A DNA stretch of 64,000 nt from Blastocystis sp. Blastoise (taxonomy: Eukaryota > Protista > Bigyra: Opalinata): NCBI GenBank assembly GCA_039096225.1, contig JBBPEB010000020.1, positions 186,001 through 250,000 of the forward strand, read 5' to 3'. The notes below the pieces were generated by a model, which saw nothing but the letters and a program-made list of their open reading frames with translations, was not told where the DNA came from and made no database searches. The stretch's first letter is position 1, and every line of letters begins with the position of its first letter. Positions 27,445 through 38,850 of the stretch are shown here, one piece after another. The translations under genes were made by a program, and so were the position numbers.

Positions 27445-27510
27445 CTTATGCTCTATAAGGTGAGAGGCTATCATAATTAGATAGCAATCAGGTTCAACTC
27501 CTGACATAAG
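27445..27510 (+). ncRNA. tRNA-like cloverleaf lacking the canonical inter-arm linkers
   Basis: Acceptor CTTATG/CATAAG, D arm CTCT-ATAAGGTG-AGAG, arm GCTATC-ATAATTA-GATAGC, T arm TCAGG-TTCAACT-CCTGA. Confidence 0.65.
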
Positions 27511-28730
27511 TCATTCCTTATATATATATATATATTGATATTTTATTTAATAAACATTTTAATTATATGTTCTTTTTACACTTATGAATGCATTTATTAA
27601 ATTATTTATAGCTCTTCATCCTTCAAAACTTCATAGTTTCTGAAATGAGTTGTAATCTGTTTTATTCTCAACAGTGTATCTTATTCAAAATATGTTAGAA
27701 TTGAGTTAAATGCAGTTTTAAAACTTAGATTCATTTTTTATTTTCAAAATATACTCAAATACAGAGTATATTCAGCAATCATTAATAATTTAATGACTGT
27801 AGTTTATTATTTTAAACTGAATTCTGGTCAGTATGCTCAACATAAGCAACCAAACACAACACATACACATTCATGATTTTTAAACAACATTTTCCATTTC
27901 GACATTTACTTGATCCATTATAAAACTATCTGTCCTTTTGATATAGTATAGAGAAACTAATACCATATACCAATCAAAACTTGTTAACATGAATCTCGTC
28001 ATCTATTAAATATTTTTGTTAATCAATTCACAGTTCATACTCTTAAAACAGTTATTTGAGATTAATATTTATATATTTGTCTTTAAACAATGTAACTATG
28101 ACATTGTAATAGTATATATGAAAATATAAAGAATCAACAAATCTGTTAATTATCAAAAAATAAGTTCTATTTTCTAAAAACATCTTTATAATATTTATAA
28201 ACTCATATATTATAAATATATAGATCTTATATAAAGTATTCATTGATTAATTTAATTTGTCAGTAAATTAAAAGTATGTTATATAACGTAATTCTATGTT
28301 ATCTTTTTAATGAAGTTTATTTCATAGCTGTTTATGGCTTATTTGTCTATCAAACTTATTTTTTAAAACAATTACAGACAATTATGTTATGATCCTTGTC
28401 TATATTGTTATTCTATTGAATTAATAGTATAAATACAAGTTATATAACAAAATAAATGTATATATTGATTAAAATAAGGAATGAATATAAATAAATAAAA
28501 ATAGATAAAATTGCCAAAAAGAAAATTCTTAGAATTATATAGTACAATAAACGAACTTCTAATAGAAACTTAAAAATCGATTGATTGGATCAAATTGTCA
28601 AATCCTAACGTCATAATATGAATTATTCTTTTAATTTTTTATTAATTTAAATTCTATAAATACATCTAATAAACACGGTTATTATATAAATTAATACGAT
28701 TGGACAATGAAATCAAAATGTTAACAGATA

Positions 28731-28816
28731 TTTTTGGGTATTTCTACCAAATCATACAAAAAATTGGGTATGTATACAAATCAATAGGGAAATCTGGGTA
28801 TTTCTAACATTTTTCC
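28731..28816 (-). repeat. Right TIR of the MULE with TGGGTATTTCTA repeats
   Basis: Three inverted copies of the left-end motif. Confidence 0.85.
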
Positions 28817-29302
28817 TTTATATATTCCTAAAAATTTTTTAATATTATTTGGTAATTCTTGCTGAATATTCTGATTAATTGCACTAGCATAATTACGAAC
28901 ATTTGTATCAATTTCATAAGCTCTATTCTTAAAATACCTATCATCCATACCTCTATATTTAGCAATTTTAGCTAATGCATATCCAGTAGCAGCTCCTTCA
29001 ATAGCTGGAACACCATAAGGATAAAAATAATTATTCATAAATGGATCAACAACATCTTGTTTTACATTTTCAAAAGCTCTTCTTAAAAATCCTTTATGAT
29101 CTAATTTTTGAGAAAGATATCTTACATCTTTATTTTCATCTAGATTTCCAGGATCTGTAATAGTAGCACCTCCACGTGGTTGTGGTTTACAATATCCACT
29201 ACCTTCAAATTCATAACCTTCAGGTGGAGTAAAAGATATATTTCCACCATGTTTTGATGAATCACAATTCATATCTAAATATCTTTTAGCAATAGTAGCC
29301 AT
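28817..29302 (-). pseudogene. 5' part (162 codons) of the 591-aa viral protein split by the MULE
   Basis: The last 11 aa of ORF 28781..29302 (GKMLEIPRFPY) are read from the TIR. The true continuation is at 6225. Confidence 0.85.
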
Positions 29303-29344
29303 ATCTTATTTAAAAAAAATAAAAATATTTATGAATATATTAAA

Positions 29345-30391
29345 TTAATTATATTGATAAGGTGCACCATGATATCTACGTTTCATTGGATATGGTGAAA
29401 AATATTTCATTTGTTGATCATGTAAGATTTGTTCTTGTAACATTTGCATCACACTTTCTTTTGGTTTCTCTTTTTCATCACGTTCTAATCCTCTTAATGG
29501 TATCTCTTCTTGATGAGGTAATATTTTTTCTAATTTCTTAGGAATTCCTGAATCTACTTTAATTCTTTTTCCTGGAAATAATCCACCACCATTACCTTTA
29601 CCTTCTTCTTCACGTTTTTCTTTATCTTCATCAATATCTGTCCATTTACGTTTAGCTACCATTTTATATGCATTTTGTTTGCTACCAACATCAGGATTAA
29701 CCCATGGTATTAAATCATCACAACCTTGTTTTAACATAAAAAATTGATGTTTATCTTCCATTAATTCTGTATTTTGTAAAATTTCTTCTAAATTTGGTGG
29801 ATCTATTTGTAATTTTTTAAATAATAAACCAGGATCACGTTTTAATATTTGACTATTAATAAAAAAATGACTTACTTGACTTAATACACTTTGATTAGTA
29901 ATATCATTATGACTTTGTAAACATATAATAGCATTTTGTTTATAATGTCTACCTTTAGATAATAATGAAATTAATAATAATTTTGTTTCACGTGATAATG
30001 GATATATATCATCTAATACAATGAAATTGTGTTCTGGTAATTTATAAGTAGAAACTAATTCATCAATTGTTTTTATTTTTTTAAATTTTGCATCAATACT
30101 ATCAAACCATTGATATTTTATTTCAGCATGTTCTAATAAATCTTGTAATGATGTATAGCATTCATTCATTGAACTAGCTTTTGGTGAAAATAATGTAACT
30201 TGGCGGTATTTATTATTTAAATCCATTGTAGCCAATAAATTTACCGCCAACCAAGATTTACCACTAAATGTTCTAGCTATCATTAATATAAATTTTGATT
30301 CATATGTTTTATGATGTGTTTTACCATATTTAAATGCTAATACACCACAACCACTACGATCTTCTTTTAATGGATTCACGGTTTTTACCAT
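29345..30391 (-). CDS. A32-like (FtsK/HerA) DNA packaging ATPase
   Basis: Walker A ARTFSGKS, Walker B FIVLDD, Arg-finger SKGRHY followed by IICLQS. Confidence 0.9.
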   Translation of the reverse strand: MVKTVNPLKEDRSGCGVLAFKYGKTHHKTYESKFILMIARTFSGKSWLAVNLLATMDLNNKYRQVTLFSPKASSMNECYTSLQDLLEHAEIKYQWFDSIDAKFKKIKTIDELVSTYKLPEHNFIVLDDIYPLSRETKLLLISLLSKGRHYKQNAIICLQSHNDITNQSVLSQVSHFFINSQILKRDPGLLFKKLQIDPPNLEEILQNTELMEDKHQFFMLKQGCDDLIPWVNPDVGSKQNAYKMVAKRKWTDIDEDKEKREEEGKGNGGGLFPGKRIKVDSGIPKKLEKILPHQEEIPLRGLERDEKEKPKESVMQMLQEQILHDQQMKYFSPYPMKRRYHGAPYQYN

Positions 30392-30489
30392 TATTTATAG
30401 TATTAAAATATTTTTAAAAATTTAAACAAAACAATTTTTTTTTTAAAATGATATATTTATGATATTTTAAAGATATAATAAAGATATAT

Positions 30490-31140
30490 TTATGAACACG
30501 TAAAGAAAATTTCAATATTATTTAAAGTAATATTCACGGGACTATCATTTTGATCACGAATTTCCCATGAAATATCATTATAATAACCATCAACCACGGG
30601 AATACTAATATTACTTAATGACCAATGATTATCAAATCCTTCTTCAGTATATATAGGTATACTAATCATATCATTATCACGGTTAACTATACTACTATAT
30701 ACTCTTAATAAATAAATTTTTTCTATTGGAGAATTCAGAACATAATCATCTGTTAAAAAAATAAAGTTTCTCATATCTGTAGAACTTCCAGTAGATTCCT
30801 GCGGTAATTTCATTATTTCAAAAAAATAATTATTTTCTGCTATATACCGAGTAAATGCATGACCTAAAAATAAACATTTATTAGAAGTATCATAATCAAA
30901 ATTTGGAATAATTGTAGTTAGTTTATTTATAAATTCTAATAAACTATAATTTCCCCCGGGAATTTGATATTTATTATTTTGTGTATCCATTAAAATAAAA
31001 TCATGAATATTTTGTAAAGCTAAACCATTTACAACCGTGGTTATATGAGTAATATTTTTTCCAACTAAATCTAATGCAGGTTCTATATGTTCATTATAAA
31101 ATGGACCTTCAATAAAACTACAATGACTAACTGTATTCAT
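30490..31140 (-). CDS. Minor capsid protein (penton, single jelly roll)
   Basis: IPGGNYSLLEFINKL, LRVYSSIV, ISIPI and ISWEIRDQND motifs typical of Polinton/PLV pentons; lies between the ATPase and MCP. Confidence 0.72.
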   Translation of the reverse strand: MNTVSHCSFIEGPFYNEHIEPALDLVGKNITHITTVVNGLALQNIHDFILMDTQNNKYQIPGGNYSLLEFINKLTTIIPNFDYDTSNKCLFLGHAFTRYIAENNYFFEIMKLPQESTGSSTDMRNFIFLTDDYVLNSPIEKIYLLRVYSSIVNRDNDMISIPIYTEEGFDNHWSLSNISIPVVDGYYNDISWEIRDQNDSPVNITLNNIEIFFTCS

Positions 31141-31180
31141 GGGAATTTAAAAAAATAATTTTATATAAAAATATTTATGT

Positions 31181-32479
31181 TTAATTCATAGCTCCATCTC
31201 TAACAAATTTAACAAAAATAAAATGAATAAATAATTCAACTTTATGATCTGTTGTTTCACTAGCTCCAAATTTATAACCTGTACCACAAGGTGATGTTTG
31301 TATATAATAATTTATTTCACAACCTGAACGTGTATTAACATCAACAACAGAACCAATTGGAAATAAATAAATAGGTTGTTCATACCATTTATCACCATCT
31401 AATACACACATAGGATTAGATTGTGATCTCCATATATTATATAACATATTATTAGGTATAGTTTGTAAAGAAGTAGAAGTACCTGGTATTCGACGTGTAG
31501 CTGTAGGAAATTGTGTTTGTGTAAACATATTCTTTCCACCTATTTGAAAATTAATAGTAGTTGGTGCTTCTAAATTAGTAGGTACCATAGCATCTTTAGC
31601 ATAAGTTAAAAACATTAAACAATAATCAGGAACAAAATTAACACTTCTATTTTTACTTGTAGTAAATTCACTTTTAAGCATAACTGCATTACCTGCTGAT
31701 GCTTTTACTGTTTCTTCACCTAAATCATCAACAAAATAACTTATTTGACAATTATTTGGAATACATTTAATTAAATTTCTTGCATCATTACCCCAATTAA
31801 TATCATACATATGCCTAAAATTCATGAATGCTTTATCTAAATTAAATTCAGAAAAACAATCAGTTTGACTAGCTAATTTTGTTAAATAATTAGTAACAAA
31901 TTGAAATTTCATAGTTTTTAGTTTAATAGCACAATCAAATGTACCTAAACCAGTAATTAACATTAATGGAATTAAAATTTTAAAAGTAGTAACAGTATCA
32001 GATTTAGAATTATCTATCATATAAGCTAATGTTTTTAAAGATGATACATTATCATATAAATTTTCAACTGTAGCATATATAGATTTATCTAATTCAAATT
32101 TACTTAATTCTTTAATAGCTATAAATTTTCTAGCTTTACTACTATTTAATGATGGTTCACTATAATTAACAGCTATATCTGTTCCTGTTGGACTAATATA
32201 TACCATATCTACAGTAACTTTATCTATTAATGCATAAATATTAGAATGTTGTATTAATGAAGCTGAAGTAGAATCTTTAGTTTTCTTTACATTTAACCAT
32301 AATTCTAAATAAGAATTACTAAAATCAATATATGGATTATCAACTGTATTATAATGAAAATCAAAAGTATATGGACTAGACTTTAAACTTTGATTTGTAG
32401 TAATAGGAATAGGAATTTGATTTTCTGTAATAGTTTGATGATTTTGTGATGGCATAAATTGTTTTGGGAATCCATCCAT
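31181..32479 (-). CDS. Major capsid protein paralog 1 (double jelly roll, predicted)
   Basis: FDF..YIDFSNSYLELWLNV N-terminal motif, IPLMLI, PDYCLMF and PIYLFP; 432 aa, beta-rich, within the morphogenesis cluster. Confidence 0.7.
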   Translation of the reverse strand: MDGFPKQFMPSQNHQTITENQIPIPITTNQSLKSSPYTFDFHYNTVDNPYIDFSNSYLELWLNVKKTKDSTSASLIQHSNIYALIDKVTVDMVYISPTGTDIAVNYSEPSLNSSKARKFIAIKELSKFELDKSIYATVENLYDNVSSLKTLAYMIDNSKSDTVTTFKILIPLMLITGLGTFDCAIKLKTMKFQFVTNYLTKLASQTDCFSEFNLDKAFMNFRHMYDINWGNDARNLIKCIPNNCQISYFVDDLGEETVKASAGNAVMLKSEFTTSKNRSVNFVPDYCLMFLTYAKDAMVPTNLEAPTTINFQIGGKNMFTQTQFPTATRRIPGTSTSLQTIPNNMLYNIWRSQSNPMCVLDGDKWYEQPIYLFPIGSVVDVNTRSGCEINYYIQTSPCGTGYKFGASETTDHKVELFIHFIFVKFVRDGAMN

Positions 32480-32577
32480 TTTTTTCTCTCTTTTAAAAAA
32501 AAATAAAGTTTAAAATGAAAATAAAAATATAAATTATATAATTATTATAAAATATAAAATTAAAAAATAATATATCT

Positions 32578-34206
32578 TTAAATATCACGAGTACTTCTAA
32601 CAGCTACCATATGTATAGTATATCTATGTGTATCAGAAATTTCTTGATTTATAGTTCTTGTTATACCAGCATGTTTTGAAATATAACCACTTAATGCATC
32701 AGTCTCTATATTAGAATTATCACTATATGTTTTTATTACTTTATTAGCTTCTAAATTACAATCAAAATTTAATTCTATACCTTGATGACTAGATACATTC
32801 ATAAGACTTTTACAAGGTATAACAAATATAGGATGTTTCATCCAATTATCAAAATTTAAAGCAGTTTCAGGATGTGAATTATCTGCCCATAATGAATATA
32901 ATGATTTATTAGGACAATTATAATGATAAATTTCTAAAGCATCATTTACTTTACCATTATTTAAAACATTATTATGATATTTTTGAGTAGGAAATTCTGT
33001 TTGTGGAAACATTTGAATATCACCAACTAAACAACTTAGATATGTTGGCCATATATAAGGTGATGGAATATTACTAATTCTATTAACATCCCAATCTTCT
33101 GTAAAATAAAATAAAATATATTCAGGAATAAAAGGTATTGCACGATTAATATTAAAATATTTATTTTTTATTAAATCATAACGATAATCTATTTGAATAT
33201 ATGTAGGAATTGTTTTATATAATTCTTCTTGATTAAAATTAACATTTTGATATGTCATTAATTGAATATTAGCAGATTTTAATAATATACTATCAAAAAA
33301 GTTTGCATAAAAGAAATTCCAAATTGTAGGTAATGTTAAATCAAGAGAAGCAGTAGCACTTTGTGTAGTATTATCAAATTGATTATATTGTTGAACATAT
33401 AATTTTTGATTATTTTTTAATAATGTTATAAGTGGAGCAGTTCTAAATGTTAATTTCATATGTTTTACTAAATTAAGTGAATCACCATCAACACCTAAAC
33501 CACTAATAAGATATAATGGAATAGCTAATGTTAATTTTTGATTTTCTTGACGAATAATATATTTTAATGTATTTACATTTTCTTTTGGTGTATAAAGACA
33601 TTCGCCATACATAGATTTTTCTAATTCATATTTTGGAACATCTTTTAGAATAATCATTTTTCTAGCTCTAGATGAATATAATGAAGTTTCATGATATTTT
33701 AAAGCACGTTCACTACCATCAGGTAAACCATAAACCATTTCTACATCAGTACTATCAATTAAAGCATAAGTATTTGTATCTTGTTGTAATTGTTCTAGAC
33801 ATAAACAAATTAATTCATGTTGAGTTAATAAAACTGTATTTTTTAATGTAAATGTAATTCTTCTAGTTTTATCCCATGCAGTAGTAGCATCTGCTTTTGA
33901 TTTCCATACAACTAATTCTGAATTAACACCAACTCGTGGAACTGGATATAAATAGTTTCCCCAATATAAATTTGTAGCTACACCATTAATATCATCTGTA
34001 TCAGTCTTTGTATTTGTTAAATGTTCTGGTATAGTATGTGGATCAGCATTATTATATAATGTTAATTCTAAATAACTTTGATTAAAATTAATAAATTTTC
34101 CATCAACATTAGTCCAATCATATTCAAATGTAAATGGCTGTTTAAGTAAATCTACATCTGATTGAATAGGAATAGGATTATTTATTCTTAATATTTTCAT
34201 CGACAT
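32578..34206 (-). CDS. Major capsid protein paralog 2 with insertions
   Basis: Collinear similarity to 31181..32479 along its length (SYLEL, YALID, SS.ARK, IPL.LI.GLG, MF.QT.FPT, PN..LY..W). Confidence 0.7.
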   Translation of the reverse strand: MSMKILRINNPIPIQSDVDLLKQPFTFEYDWTNVDGKFINFNQSYLELTLYNNADPHTIPEHLTNTKTDTDDINGVATNLYWGNYLYPVPRVGVNSELVVWKSKADATTAWDKTRRITFTLKNTVLLTQHELICLCLEQLQQDTNTYALIDSTDVEMVYGLPDGSERALKYHETSLYSSRARKMIILKDVPKYELEKSMYGECLYTPKENVNTLKYIIRQENQKLTLAIPLYLISGLGVDGDSLNLVKHMKLTFRTAPLITLLKNNQKLYVQQYNQFDNTTQSATASLDLTLPTIWNFFYANFFDSILLKSANIQLMTYQNVNFNQEELYKTIPTYIQIDYRYDLIKNKYFNINRAIPFIPEYILFYFTEDWDVNRISNIPSPYIWPTYLSCLVGDIQMFPQTEFPTQKYHNNVLNNGKVNDALEIYHYNCPNKSLYSLWADNSHPETALNFDNWMKHPIFVIPCKSLMNVSSHQGIELNFDCNLEANKVIKTYSDNSNIETDALSGYISKHAGITRTINQEISDTHRYTIHMVAVRSTRDI

Positions 34207-37200
34207 ATTTTTATTAATTTGTTTAAAAAAAAAAAAAGATTTTTAAAATAAATTATTAATTAAATATTATTTTAAATCAGTGCCTTCCCAACTTTTTATG
34301 ACACTTGCGGCAACTTTTTTGTGACACTTTTTTTCAGCCAAGCTTAATTAGACTGAAATAGGATTATTATAACAATCAACTAAAGACTTCAATAATTTGA
34401 AATACTATAAATGATGATGTTAGAATACTTCATAATATATAGTTCTTATATGATAATAAATATAAATTATGACTATAATCAATTATCCATTCCATTATAA
34501 TTTCAAAATACTCTTAATATTTTATTATGACTTTTATTAGCATATATTAATTTTAAGTAACATATATAGTACAAAATCAAAAAAAAAATAAACAATAATT
34601 ATGACTTTTAAAGAAACGTTGTTGTCAAAAATGTTTATAATGATTTAGAAAAGAATTCACAGTGATATTAGATGATGTTTACTAAATTTTAAAAAATTAG
34701 GAGCAATATATGTAAGAAGAATTATTTGACAATTGTAATAATCGACATAGAACGTTCAAGTTTTCAATAAGTTAAGTAACTACAACTAAAATACAGTTGA
34801 TAATATCTTAAACAGATCAACATTTATATTTGAAAAATAAGAATGATTAATAACTGCCAGTAAACTGTGCTTATATTTTTATAAAATAAATGAATCAAAC
34901 AGAATAAGCTATATTGTATATATGCATTACAAATTTAAAATTATATGATACAATTACAAAACTGATCCTTATAAAAAGTTATTAGACAGCTTAAATGTTG
35001 TTTCAATCATAGTGTATTGTGTATATTCATGCATCTTTCAACATTTTAATATAAATAAAAATAGCACATTGTATTATACCATATTCTAAGAAAGTGTCAG
35101 CCTAATATTCACAATGGAATGAAGTAAAGTATATCAAGTAATGGCCATGATCATACAAATATTATAGAATTAGATTAATCCAATAATAGAATAAATAATG
35201 TTTTATTAATTCATGAAAATTATTGGTTTTTCACTTAAAATTTGTAAAAATTCGATGATTATTCTATTTGTAAATTAAATTTATTATATTTAATTAATGG
35301 CTTCAATTTGGTTATTATCAATCTTAATCTATAATTCTATTGTATGAATAACTTTTATTTTTATTGTATTATATAGAAATGCTAAAAAAAGTTAATTCAT
35401 TCTACACATTTCTATACAGTTGTCTTTATATAGATTATATACTGGCTCTTCAGTTAAGCATGTGTTCAACCCTTACAATTCTAATATGAAAACAAATTCT
35501 TAGACATACGTATGTGCAATTGAAAGAAGATGTTGTCGTTGTTGATCATGTATTTCTTATATTATTATTATTACTTTATATAGTAAACAAAATAGTTAAG
35601 AATTCATGTATAATCCATCATTAGAAAAGACATTCGTTCTTTTCTTCTTTATAAATAAAATGGTCATTCATTTTTAATATTTTTCAAGGTATTTTTAATT
35701 GAATCAATCATTTATATATATTATTAGACTACACAGCGGTGGATTCATGATAATTACTAATTCTGATAAAGGTATATACATGTTAATTATTCGATTATGT
35801 TACATATCTTATTACTTTTATTAATAATTATTTTTGGTTTATTAAAATATTTATTTCTTTTGAGTCACATATTTAATAATTCATTTATTATAATTAAATA
35901 ATAGTTTATCTTTTCTTTCACCTTATAATTACTCTATAGGTTAAAATTTGTTAGTCTATTACTACATCATTTCAAACTCTCTTAAATCCATAATTACTCA
36001 TACTTCTTGTTCTATATACCGTTTGGTCTATCTTGAACAGTCCTATTTTCAATTTTTAATAATTTATTCCCTTCGTTGTGTTTCATTTATTCTTAAATCA
36101 CTATTATTAACAATTATCTTCATTAGTTAAAATTTAATTAATAATTATTTTTAGCCTACTTTCTCTTCTAATTACAAACTGATTACTATTACATATCAGC
36201 TTTTCATCTTCAATTGTGTCATCATTATTATACCTTATTTCATTTTGATTAAACTTAGTTCTTCTTCTTAATAATATGTATTCTTTTAGAGTAACAACGA
36301 CATTAGCAGTCTTTCCTATAATTGATTTCATTATCTTTTTAGCCCTATTCTTATTTTTGTATACATAACATCTTCCTTGACTGCATAAGTATTATGTCAC
36401 ACTTCAATAACCATGCAAAATGTTTTCCTATATTTAAGCTAATTTTCTCTATTTATTGATAATATTTTAATAATTCAATATATTTATTATTTCCAGAATT
36501 ATTAGTGATAATTGTCAATATACATCCTCTTTCATTAAAGTATCCTCAGTTCTTATGACTTCATTATTAACTCCTTCTTTCTTATCATCAAATATCTTAA
36601 TACATATTGAATTTCACATTTTTTAATAATTGAGTTTGGATTTCTCTACAAATGTTTGATCATTCCTGTATTTTATTTTCATTTCATTTCCATATCATTA
36701 GGGTTTTCATTATATACATCTTCCTAGTTTTTATATATTTTTTTTGAATGACTTTTATTACTATTCTTGAACACAATTACTTTTCCATTCTCATTTCTCT
36801 TTATATATATTAATATTAAAAAATTTCTTCGATATATCTTCCTTTGTGTTCTTCTTTAATAACGAGTTTATATATACATTTACTCCTTTTATATGTTTCT
36901 ATTCTTCTTATTCCAATTAGTTTTAATCTTATTTCATAATTAATATCCTTAATTTAGTTCATGTAGCGTACGGTGTCTCACACACTTTCACATTTATTGA
37001 CTTTGTTATTAACTTTTATAAAATAAAAATAACATCATAAAAACCGGAACACAATTCTGAAAATGACTGTTAAAGAAATTTTTCGAAAACTCTAAATTTC
37101 TGGCTAAAAAACGCAAAAAACCATTTTCGCACAAAATTTTAACCAAAATTATTGGATTATTTCTATTTTATCCAATATTTTTCATTTTAATAAAAACACT

Positions 37201-37609
37201 TATTTTTCGTTTTTTATTTTTTATTGTTTTCTTATTTTTTCTATATCTACTCACATTCTTTATATTTATTTTTATAAAATTGACTTTTATTGACGGGTTA
37301 GTCTAATAAATAGTTTTGACGGGTAAATTTGTTTATATTTAGAAGTTGACAACATATCAATACACACATCACTAACTATAAACTCTAAAACCATTTTATA
37401 TGCAATGATACTGACCTCAACTACTCTGAAACAACAATAATTCCTTTAAATAACAACAAAAGACAAACTGATATCCAACACATTCCTTCTTTATAAACTT
37501 ATTTGAGTTTATTCAAGTGATTTTGAATCAATACATGTCAGAAATATGTCTTTTAGTTGTTTAAAAAGTTTTCATAAGAAAATATTTGATAATAGAAATT
37601 TTGATGTTT

Positions 37610-38850
37610 TGATAGTATAGTTTGTTATTCGTCTTTCTCCTTGAGTTTTGGGTATTTTTTAAAAATAAAAGTATAATTATAATTAAGATAAGCTATTGCA
37701 GATACATATTTTTTATTTTATCTAAATATTGAATATTGACTGAGAAACATTCATTTATATGAAAAACATAAAAATGAAAATTTTCAAAAAAGGGTATAGT
37801 TTGTTATTGTGATTTCTCAATCAATTCTTAATAAAATAAAAAAGTTAAAACATATTTAGAAACTAGACATGTCATAGCAGATACATATTTTTCATTTTTT
37901 TAATTAATTGAAAACTCAGGTGACAAGAGTCAATAGTTGAACTCAATAAAAAATGACTTTCAAAAAATTTTCTTAAAAAGTTTTCATTTGTTTTTTGTTT
38001 ATATTTTCATCATTAACAATTTTATTTGACATTTTACTTTATATTTAAAAACTACATACCAAAATAAACATATTTTACAATTTTATTTTGTTTTTAAAAG
38101 ACTTTAACAACAGATCACCAGACAATGTTAACTCAATAAACTCTTAAAACGTTTTAATATGTGTTTAGAACCACTCATAGACACTGAATATGACTTATTT
38201 GAAAAAGTTAAGACAACATGTTGAACTGATACAGACAATGTTTGTTTTAAAAAGTTAGTTATGAGTCTTTATGAGTTGTATATGTCATAAATAAGCTTAA
38301 AATAAATAAATAAGTTTTTAATTGTCTTTAATTAGTGAAATAAATCGTTTAAAAAAAGAAAACATTTTTGATACTATAGTTTATTTTGACAATTTCTCCA
38401 TCAATATTAATTTTTAAAAAATAAATAAAACTTATATATAAACTAGACAACCTATAGTTTATATATTGATAAAAATCTTATCAAAATATATAATAACTTT
38501 TGAGATAAAAAATTATATATGAAAAACATAAAAAAATTAATTTTTGAAAAAAGGGTATACTTTATAACATTAATTTCTCAGTCAATATTTTATTATTTTA
38601 TATAATTTTAACAAATAAATACATAGAATAAGATATATTAATTATATTATTTTTAATATTTGAAATTAATAAAAAAATGAGTTCAGTAGAGTCAATAGTA
38701 TAACATGTTAAAAAACTGAAAATTGAAAAATCGTTTTTCTAAAAATTTTCTGAAAGTTGACAAATCAAATTCATATTTGACAATTAATTTTTACATATTT
38801 GAAAACTAGACATTATATGTATTGCATATCTCAAAAAAATGGTCAAAAGT
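37610..38850. repeat. Degenerate ~180-bp repeat units
   Basis: TATAGTTT..TTTCTC motif at about 37612, 37792, 38372 and 38553. TATATGAAAAACATAAAAA..AAAAAAGGGTATA occurs twice. Confidence 0.6.

Larger units (their letters stand above)
6235..28816. mobile_element. Giant (22,582 bp) Mutator/MULE-type element with cargo; no intact transposase seen
   Basis: Left end GAGGCAT-TGTTAGAAATACCCA and right end (reverse complement) GGAAAAA-TGTTAGAAATACCCA. 9-bp TSD TTTATATAT at 6226-6234 and 28817-28825. The empty site restores an ORF. Superfamily inferred from the 9-bp TSD and G termini. Confidence 0.85.

Noticed and set aside
27540-28400. Cys-rich degenerate minus-strand sequence near the right TIR as a MULE transposase remnant
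   Set aside because: No continuous frame or DDE motif could be read
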